50,624 bases of DNA, taken from the IMG/VR virus record IMGVR_UViG_3300030392_002118, positions 1 through 50,624 of that record; one strand, written 5' to 3'. The stretch comes from a virus. Taxonomy: Duplodnaviria; Caudoviricetes. Numbering within the stretch: position 1 is the stretch's first letter; each line of letters begins with the position of its first letter. The notes beneath the pieces were generated by a model that searched no databases, had not been told where the DNA came from, and saw only the letters and a list, made by a program, of their open reading frames with translations. Both the position numbers and the translations under genes were made by a program. Below are positions 44,696-50,624 of this stretch, piece after piece.

Positions 44696-46511
44696 TTTTC
44701 AGCTAAATCTCGTTGACACTTCTTTCACCATGGTAGAGGAGAATAATTGGTTTAGCGACAAGCTGTTTTCAAAATACACCTACACTATAAGTAAAACACT
44801 TACAGATGAGGAGGATGCGGCCTTCCGGTTCATCACACAAAATTCATCCAGAAATGTACAGACCATAATGGATGTAAGATTTTGCGTTCTGGACATGGAG
44901 CATGAAGCGGTAATGGAAATTGAAAAGATTAAGGGCCGTAAAATCGAGTTTCAAATTAGATATGGCTTTGAGGAATTTCCAAATTTTGAAAAAAAATTAT
45001 CACAGCTCCCGCTCCACAAGTTTCCGCTTGTGGGAGAAACCATATTTCAACACGCGGCGGCTAAGATAGCTTTTTCCTATCCTGCCACCGATTATAATTT
45101 TCCCAGGATATTTACAGATCAGTTTGATAAAGAGTCGCCACAATGGCAAGCCTTTGAAGGCTCTGTGAATAACTATGACGGTAGCGCATTCTTAGAAAAT
45201 GAATACGATGTAGTGGAAGATATGCAGCTTAACCGGAATATTATGCAGCCATTGCCCAGCCTGCTCTATGTTTTGAAAACCGGATTTGCCGATAAAGGCT
45301 ACACCTTGGCCGGTGATATTCTTGAAGATCCAGAGTTTAAGGAAGCTTGGCTTTATTCCCTGAGTCAATTTTACAGCACAATTGCACCCGATGGCAAACA
45401 AGAAATGCTTGTGAAGACAGATGAGCACATAGAATATATAGATGGATTTGGAAGATACGAGCGCGAGCTTGAAATAACAGAACCGGGCAGATACGCTGTA
45501 AAGGGAAATCTGTTCATTAGAAGTGAGGGAACCCATTCCTTTCAAGCGTTTGGTAAAATATTTTACAAAGGGCAGCAAGTTGCCTTTGCACAGGTAGAGC
45601 AGGGGGAATACTTTCTGATGGTTGATTTGGTACTGGAGCTTTTCCCGGGACAGGGGCCAGAAATGCTCCAGTTTCAATCCGTGCAGCTGCCCTATCAGCA
45701 CTCCGGGGGCGGGATAATTTATGATGCCACTATTTTGGACATCACTATTTCGCAACTTACTAAGTATAATCCTGACGGCACGGCCACGCCTACTTTAGTG
45801 CTGCCAAACGAAATAGACCTAACTCAGTGTGTGCCTGACATTACCTTTGGAGAGCTTTACAAAGCCGTGAAGCTTTGGAAAAATTATAGCATATCCATAA
45901 CTGGCGATACCGTAAAGATTGATCTAGTAAAGAACCTAATAGGAAGAGGCACGCCGATAGATTTGAGCCACAAGGAAGTAAGGGAGCCAGAACGTACCTT
46001 TAACCAAGGCAAAACCTTTGAGCTTAAATTCACCGAAATAGATTCAGATGTATATAAATACCCTTCCGTTTATGTGAATTCAAACGGCGTAACACAGACT
46101 CCTTATGTGCCCAAGGAAGGCACGGAGGAAATTATTATAGACGCTGTACCGCTTCCACTTAAGTCGGAAGACGGGGTGGTGACGGCCCACGGTTTTATTG
46201 ATGATAATCAAAAACTACAATTAGTGCTTTACGCCGGACTCACTTCTGGAATGAACATCGCTAAAGATACTAGTCAGCTTTATATACAGGCAATCTATCA
46301 GAATTATTATAAAGATTGGATTGACTTTCTTTTAAAAACACAGGGTTATATATGGACATTTTCAGACGTTGAAATCAACGTACGAGATCTTAATGTGTAC
46401 TCTACTATATATGCTTACGGCATCTATCACGCTGTAGTAAGCCTGAGGAAAAAGAATACTGGAACGGATGATAATATTGATATGGAGATTGAAACCTACT
46501 CACTTGAATAA
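44670..46511 (+). CDS. Tail hub/baseplate-like protein
   Basis: 613 aa; last structural gene; YPATDYNFP, VPDITFGEL blocks. Confidence 0.6.
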   Translation: MNLQIIHSDFQLNLVDTSFTMVEENNWFSDKLFSKYTYTISKTLTDEEDAAFRFITQNSSRNVQTIMDVRFCVLDMEHEAVMEIEKIKGRKIEFQIRYGFEEFPNFEKKLSQLPLHKFPLVGETIFQHAAAKIAFSYPATDYNFPRIFTDQFDKESPQWQAFEGSVNNYDGSAFLENEYDVVEDMQLNRNIMQPLPSLLYVLKTGFADKGYTLAGDILEDPEFKEAWLYSLSQFYSTIAPDGKQEMLVKTDEHIEYIDGFGRYERELEITEPGRYAVKGNLFIRSEGTHSFQAFGKIFYKGQQVAFAQVEQGEYFLMVDLVLELFPGQGPEMLQFQSVQLPYQHSGGGIIYDATILDITISQLTKYNPDGTATPTLVLPNEIDLTQCVPDITFGELYKAVKLWKNYSISITGDTVKIDLVKNLIGRGTPIDLSHKEVREPERTFNQGKTFELKFTEIDSDVYKYPSVYVNSNGVTQTPYVPKEGTEEIIIDAVPLPLKSEDGVVTAHGFIDDNQKLQLVLYAGLTSGMNIAKDTSQLYIQAIYQNYYKDWIDFLLKTQGYIWTFSDVEINVRDLNVYSTIYAYGIYHAVVSLRKKNTGTDDNIDMEIETYSLE

Positions 46512-47687
46512 CTTGTCTATAATAAAAACCTTTTCGTTTACTTCGCTTTCCACAATGTGTACATAGATCATTGTTTGCTTTATGCTGCTATGACCCAAAA
46601 GGTTTTGAAGCGAGACAACATCACCGCCAGCTCTTAGGAAGTTGGTGGCGAATGTATGCCTGCCAACGTGAAATGAAATTTTCTTTGATATCCCACAGGT
46701 TCCGGCAATTATTTTTATTTGCCGGTTCATATAGATAGGATCTTTCTTTTCAATGAAAAGCCCATCACAATAAGAAAGTAGTGTCCTGGTACTTTCGTTT
46801 ATGTTTCTACGCTGCATTCTATCTTTTTTCTTTTCAAAATATTCAAAAAAACCTTCATCAAATTGACTGCGATGGATTGACAACACTTCGGAAACACGAA
46901 GCCCAGTAAAACAAGAAAAAAGAAAGTAGCCAAGCACTAGGCGGTTCTGGTCATTTATGAAGCTACTTTTATAATATTCATACAGGCGGTTTACCTCAGA
47001 TGGTTTGAGGTCCGTTCTGTTGCCCGTGGTACTGCCTACCTTAATATCATCAACATCAATTGGCAATAAAATCCCGTGTTTTTTTGCGGCATTTAAAAAC
47101 TTTTTTAGTGTTGCAATATTGCTTTCAACAGTAGTTTTATTATTTCCTAGCTTATTCATCCACTGCCGGAAGTTCAAGATAAATTTTTGGTCAAGTTCTG
47201 TGAAGTAAATGGTTTTCTTCCAGCGTTTCCATTTTTCCAGCATATAATACTGCTTTTCATAGGTGCCTTTCGCGAGCTGTCCTTTTTGTTTTTGAAGGAA
47301 CCAATCTGCGAATGCAAAAAAATTGATTCGTGGAATGCCATTTATAAATTCTTCAGTAAGGGAATCTACGTCCAATTTTTTATTGGCCAGTCGATATGTT
47401 GTTTTAATGGAAGTGATTTTACTCTGCAGGTTATCAATAATTAGATTGAGATCCTTTGAGTGGCCATCGGTAGTCTTTAGTCTTTGCTCTTTCGGGCAAA
47501 AATCTTTCACCCTAACATATATATCCAGGGGAATTCTATTTCGCTGTTGATTACCGGTAATGTGTAGATAAAGAAGTGAAAGGCCTTCCTTATTTTGATA
47601 ACTGCGTGGAATGAATTTAGTTTTTACTGACACAAACAATTTCTTTGTGTCAACTCTTGTGTCAAAAATAGCTTCGGAAGTAACCAT
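46500..47687 (-). CDS. int: Tyrosine integrase (Bacteroidota arm-binding + SAM-like + catalytic)
   Basis: FTGLRVSE, HVGRHTFAT, LLGHSSIKQTMIY; adjacent to att. Confidence 0.95.
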   Translation of the reverse strand: MVTSEAIFDTRVDTKKLFVSVKTKFIPRSYQNKEGLSLLYLHITGNQQRNRIPLDIYVRVKDFCPKEQRLKTTDGHSKDLNLIIDNLQSKITSIKTTYRLANKKLDVDSLTEEFINGIPRINFFAFADWFLQKQKGQLAKGTYEKQYYMLEKWKRWKKTIYFTELDQKFILNFRQWMNKLGNNKTTVESNIATLKKFLNAAKKHGILLPIDVDDIKVGSTTGNRTDLKPSEVNRLYEYYKSSFINDQNRLVLGYFLFSCFTGLRVSEVLSIHRSQFDEGFFEYFEKKKDRMQRRNINESTRTLLSYCDGLFIEKKDPIYMNRQIKIIAGTCGISKKISFHVGRHTFATNFLRAGGDVVSLQNLLGHSSIKQTMIYVHIVESEVNEKVFIIDKLFK

Positions 47688-47718
47688 ATACCTGAAAATT
47701 TAAAAAAGTTAGAAAACA

Positions 47719-47743
47719 CAGGTGCTTGAATATCAAGCACCTG
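47719..47743 (-). terminator. Phage-supplied hairpin between tRNA/att and integrase
   Basis: CAGGTGCTTGA-ATA-TCAAGCACCTG perfect 11-bp stem. Confidence 0.7.
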
Positions 47744-47775
47744 CACCCTTTTTCAAATAGGTATTTTGGTTATTT

Positions 47776-47793
47776 GTGACCGCGGAGGGATTC
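47776..47793. repeat. att core, right junction
   Basis: Identical to 70..87. Confidence 0.95.
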
Positions 47794-47850
47794 AAACCCC
47801 CAACCCTCAGAGCCGAAATCTGATGCGCTATTCAGTTGCGCCACGCGGCC
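47777..47850 (-). tRNA. Host tRNA-Arg(TCG), integration target
   Basis: GGCCGCG acceptor, anticodon arm TCAGA-TTTCGGC-TCTGA, T-loop TTTGAAT. Confidence 0.95.
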
Positions 47851-47851
47851 G

Positions 47852-47921
47852 TGTTCAATGTTCAATGTTCAATGTTCAATGTTCAATGTTCAATGTTCAA
47901 TGTTCAATGTTCAATGTTCAA
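47852..47921. repeat. Heptamer tandem repeat (TGTTCAA)x10
   Basis: Ten perfect units counted. Confidence 0.95.
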
Positions 47922-47985
47922 AAATATTTAATTTCGAATCATATTAACCTAATAACCCAATAACTTATTAACCGATAACTAGAAA

Positions 47986-48435
47986 TTAGGAAAGTCTCTT
48001 CTTCACTACGGTGGAAATGGTTTTACCATCGGCTTTTCCCGCTACTTTTGCGGTGGCCAATCCCATTACCTTTCCCATATCGGCCATCGAGGAAGCCCCC
48101 GTTGCAGCGATGATATCATCCACAATCTTGCCCACCTCATCCTCGCTTAACTGTTTTGGCAAAAACTGCTCTATTACCTTTGCCTGAGTCAATTCCGGTT
48201 CAGCAAGATCCTCGCGCCCCTGTTCCTTATAAATAGCGGCACTGTCCTTACGTTGCTTTACCTGCTTTTGCAGCAATTTTATCTCTTCCTCCTCGGTCAA
48301 ATCTGCCTTTGAACCCGTTTCGGTCTGTGCCAGAAGCAGGGCAGATTTCACGGAACGCAATGCCTCCAAAGACTGGGTATCCTTCGATTTCATCGCGGTT
48401 TTCATTGCATCCATTATCTTTTCCTGTAAGCTCAT
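47986..48435 (-). CDS. GatB/YqeY domain protein (host)
   Basis: MSLQEKIMDAMKTAMKSKD...KQRKDS...MGKVMG...ADGK. Confidence 0.92.
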   Translation of the reverse strand: MSLQEKIMDAMKTAMKSKDTQSLEALRSVKSALLLAQTETGSKADLTEEEEIKLLQKQVKQRKDSAAIYKEQGREDLAEPELTQAKVIEQFLPKQLSEDEVGKIVDDIIAATGASSMADMGKVMGLATAKVAGKADGKTISTVVKKRLS

Positions 48436-48583
48436 TCCTTTGTTTTTAATAGCGTACGAAGATACTTAATTCAGCCGAAATGCGAAAAACTATTGCAAGT
48501 TTTATAAGATGAAAAAACACATAAAAAAAGCCCAAACTCAATTAAGAAATTCGGGCTTCTGCTTTAAGTGAAAAAAATATCAC

Positions 48584-50557
48584 TTAGTCAACATTGTCGT
48601 GCAAAAACGAATTGTTCTTGCGCAATTCAATCTCATCATCTTCAGTATTTACCGAGGTTCTGGAGATGTTGGGTTCGTTTTTTGTTTCGTTAAGATCAAT
48701 TCCCATACGCTTGTAGGCAGGTTGTTTTTCAATCTCATCGATTCGCGAAGGACTGTTTTTAAATTTATAATTGAACTCCTTCATTTTCCGTTTACGCTCC
48801 TCGGTACGCTCGCTCAATATTTTGGAGATGGGCAAATTCATAGGATCCTCCTCTATTTGGGTTTCTACCTCCTTCGCATTGGGCTCTGCAACTGTTCTTT
48901 TTTCAAAAACAATTTCTTCGTCTTCTATTTCCTCCGCAACCAACTTTGAGGGTTTGGCGCTATTCAGCCGATTCTCAACTTCTTGATAATCGTCCAAACT
49001 GTAGCGTTTTATTCCTTCACCCGAAACTTCTGTAATGGGAATAACTTCTATGTGATCCTGTACCTCGATCTCGCCCAGATCAAAGAAAACCGTTTCATCC
49101 TTGTCGTTCTTTTCGGGTTTTTTGGGGGCCGAATTGATAGGGAGATCAAACATCAATATTTGGTCATCGTTCTCTTCGGAAGTTGGGGCAGCGATATTCG
49201 AATCTTTTTCGGCTTCCTTTTTGGGCGCCTCAACAATTACGAATTCGTTCACGTTCATTTTATTTACCTCTACTTGGTTGAATTCCTCTATATTTCCAAC
49301 TTTGACTTCTTCATAGGAAACGTTTAGGTTTTTCAATAATTCCGAAGTTTTGATATAACCGTCAAAAGGAAGTTTTTCTTCTATTTCTGCATCGTCAAAA
49401 AGTGTATGCTTTACAACCGGAGCCTGCGCTTTCGGTTGCTGGCCCAAGGGCTTTTCCGGCAATTTTACCGTACTTGCAGTAGCCTTTGGGGTTAGGTCGT
49501 GCTCGGCCTTTTGTTCGTCTTCCAGGGTGTGGATTATCTTTTTGGTTTCGGTATTTACTATTTCATTCTGTTGCTCCACGTTAAAGCCTGTGGCAATCAC
49601 GGTAATAGAAATGGAACCTTCAAGGCTTTCTTCTTCGCCCACACCCATAATGATGTTTGCGCTATGACCGGCTTCATTCTGAATATGGTCACTTATTTCG
49701 CCAATTTCATCTATAGTGATTTCATCTGTTCCAGAAACGATAAGCAGCAATACGTTTTTGGCACCTTTTATTTTATTGTCGTTTAGCAAAGGCGAATCCA
49801 ATGCCTTACCGATGGCTTCCTTGGCCCTGTTGGCGCCAGAGGCGGTAGCGCTTCCCATAATGGCGGTCCCGCTATTGGCAAGTACGGTCTTTGCATCGCG
49901 AAGGTCAATGTTTTGGGTGTAGTGGTGCGTGATTACTTCGGCAATACCACGAGCAGCGGTGGCCAAAACCTCATCAGCTTTTGAGAAGCCTGCCTTAAAA
50001 CCGAGGTTTCCATAGACTTCGCGCAATTTATTGTTGTTGATAACCACTAACGAATCCACATTTTGGCGCAGTTTTTCAACACCAATCTGTGCTTGGTCGT
50101 TTCGGGTTTTTCCTTCAAATTGGAATGGAATGGTTACAATGCCAACCGTTAAAATATCCATATCCTTGGCCATTTTGGCAATAATTGGCGCAGCACCGGT
50201 ACCTGTGCCACCGCCCATTCCGGCCGTGATAAAGATCATTTTTGTATTGGTGGTAAGCATATTGCGGATTTCTTCCATACTTTCCACGGCAGACTGTTCC
50301 CCTACTTTAGGGTTGGCACCAGCTCCCAGGCCTTCGGTGAGGGAAACCCCCAATTGGATTTTGATTGGCACCGGACTGTTCTCCAAAGCCTGTGCATCTG
50401 TGTTGCATATTACAAAGTCAACTCCCTTTATGCCCTGGCTGAACATATGGTTAATGGCGTTACTTCCTCCGCCACCCACGCCAATAACCTTAATCACATT
50501 GGATTGGTTCTTTGGCAGATCGAAGGAAATGTTGTCAAATTCTGTTTTGCTGCTCAT
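48584..50557 (-). CDS. ftsZ: Cell division protein FtsZ (host; long acidic linker)
   Basis: IKVIGVGGGG, GMGGGTGTG tubulin signature; Flavobacteriaceae-type C-terminus NNSFLHDNVD. Confidence 0.98.
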   Translation of the reverse strand: MSSKTEFDNISFDLPKNQSNVIKVIGVGGGGSNAINHMFSQGIKGVDFVICNTDAQALENSPVPIKIQLGVSLTEGLGAGANPKVGEQSAVESMEEIRNMLTTNTKMIFITAGMGGGTGTGAAPIIAKMAKDMDILTVGIVTIPFQFEGKTRNDQAQIGVEKLRQNVDSLVVINNNKLREVYGNLGFKAGFSKADEVLATAARGIAEVITHHYTQNIDLRDAKTVLANSGTAIMGSATASGANRAKEAIGKALDSPLLNDNKIKGAKNVLLLIVSGTDEITIDEIGEISDHIQNEAGHSANIIMGVGEEESLEGSISITVIATGFNVEQQNEIVNTETKKIIHTLEDEQKAEHDLTPKATASTVKLPEKPLGQQPKAQAPVVKHTLFDDAEIEEKLPFDGYIKTSELLKNLNVSYEEVKVGNIEEFNQVEVNKMNVNEFVIVEAPKKEAEKDSNIAAPTSEENDDQILMFDLPINSAPKKPEKNDKDETVFFDLGEIEVQDHIEVIPITEVSGEGIKRYSLDDYQEVENRLNSAKPSKLVAEEIEDEEIVFEKRTVAEPNAKEVETQIEEDPMNLPISKILSERTEERKRKMKEFNYKFKNSPSRIDEIEKQPAYKRMGIDLNETKNEPNISRTSVNTEDDEIELRKNNSFLHDNVD

Positions 50558-50624
50558 GTCTTTTATTTTTTTTTTTACAATTTTTTATTGCCTATTTTTA
50601 CTTTCTACCGCTACTGAACACTTT

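Larger units (their letters stand above)
70..47793. mobile_element. Complete-looking temperate prophage (siphovirus-like: tape measure, no recognisable sheath) integrated in tRNA-Arg(TCG)
   Basis: Flanking 18-bp direct repeat equal to the tRNA 3' end; integrase at one end, repressor at the other; primase, terminase, portal, protease, capsid, tape measure and lysis genes between. Confidence 0.96.

Noticed and set aside
142-46511. Alternative genetic code (stop-codon recoding)
   Set aside because: Long genes are intact in code 11 and the phage tRNA has a CCA anticodon, not a suppressor anticodon
47852-47921. Possible CRISPR array
   Set aside because: Contiguous 7-bp units without spacers; no cas genes or spacer-separated repeats anywhere in the window
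47766-47963. 65-aa ORF with VQCSMFN repeats
   Set aside because: Antisense to the tRNA plus translation of the heptamer repeat
2922-50617. Numerous short antisense or out-of-frame ORFs inside long genes
   Set aside because: Shadows of well-supported genes (primase, capsid, terminase, tape measure, ftsZ) with no motifs or initiation context

Overview
Almost the whole window (70..47793, ~47.7 kb) is one apparently complete temperate tailed prophage of a Flavobacteriaceae-type (Bacteroidota) host. It is integrated at the 3' end of a tRNA-Arg(TCG) gene, with an 18-bp att core GTGACCGCGGAGGGATTC at 70..87 and 47776..47793. Module order: XRE repressor/cro-like switch; early genes (primase-helicase, C5 methyltransferase, beta-barrel OMP, ASCH-like); tail-fibre-like genes; lysis; protease/capsid/tail tube; PLD-like, Tad2-like (DUF2829) and tRNA-Trp; terminase; an inverted accessory island (ArdC-like, truncated N6-MTase, HTH); portal/neck; a membrane-protein moron; tape measure/tail tip; tyrosine integrase. 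Host genes yqeY-like and ftsZ follow. The most notable unexplained structures are: (i) a five-copy late-promoter motif TTGTCACA-N21-(T)AnnTTTG; (ii) a TM-BRCT / secreted DUF4468-like / TM-HIRAN three-gene moron; (iii) a ~200-nt kissing-loop plus tRNA-like structured RNA in the early operon; (iv) two integron attC-like sites with nested cassette logic; (v) an operator-controlled anti-defence-like island whose operator recurs 4.7 kb away before a small HTH gene; (vi) two different iteron-like arrays. All domain calls come from motif recognition by eye, not database searches.
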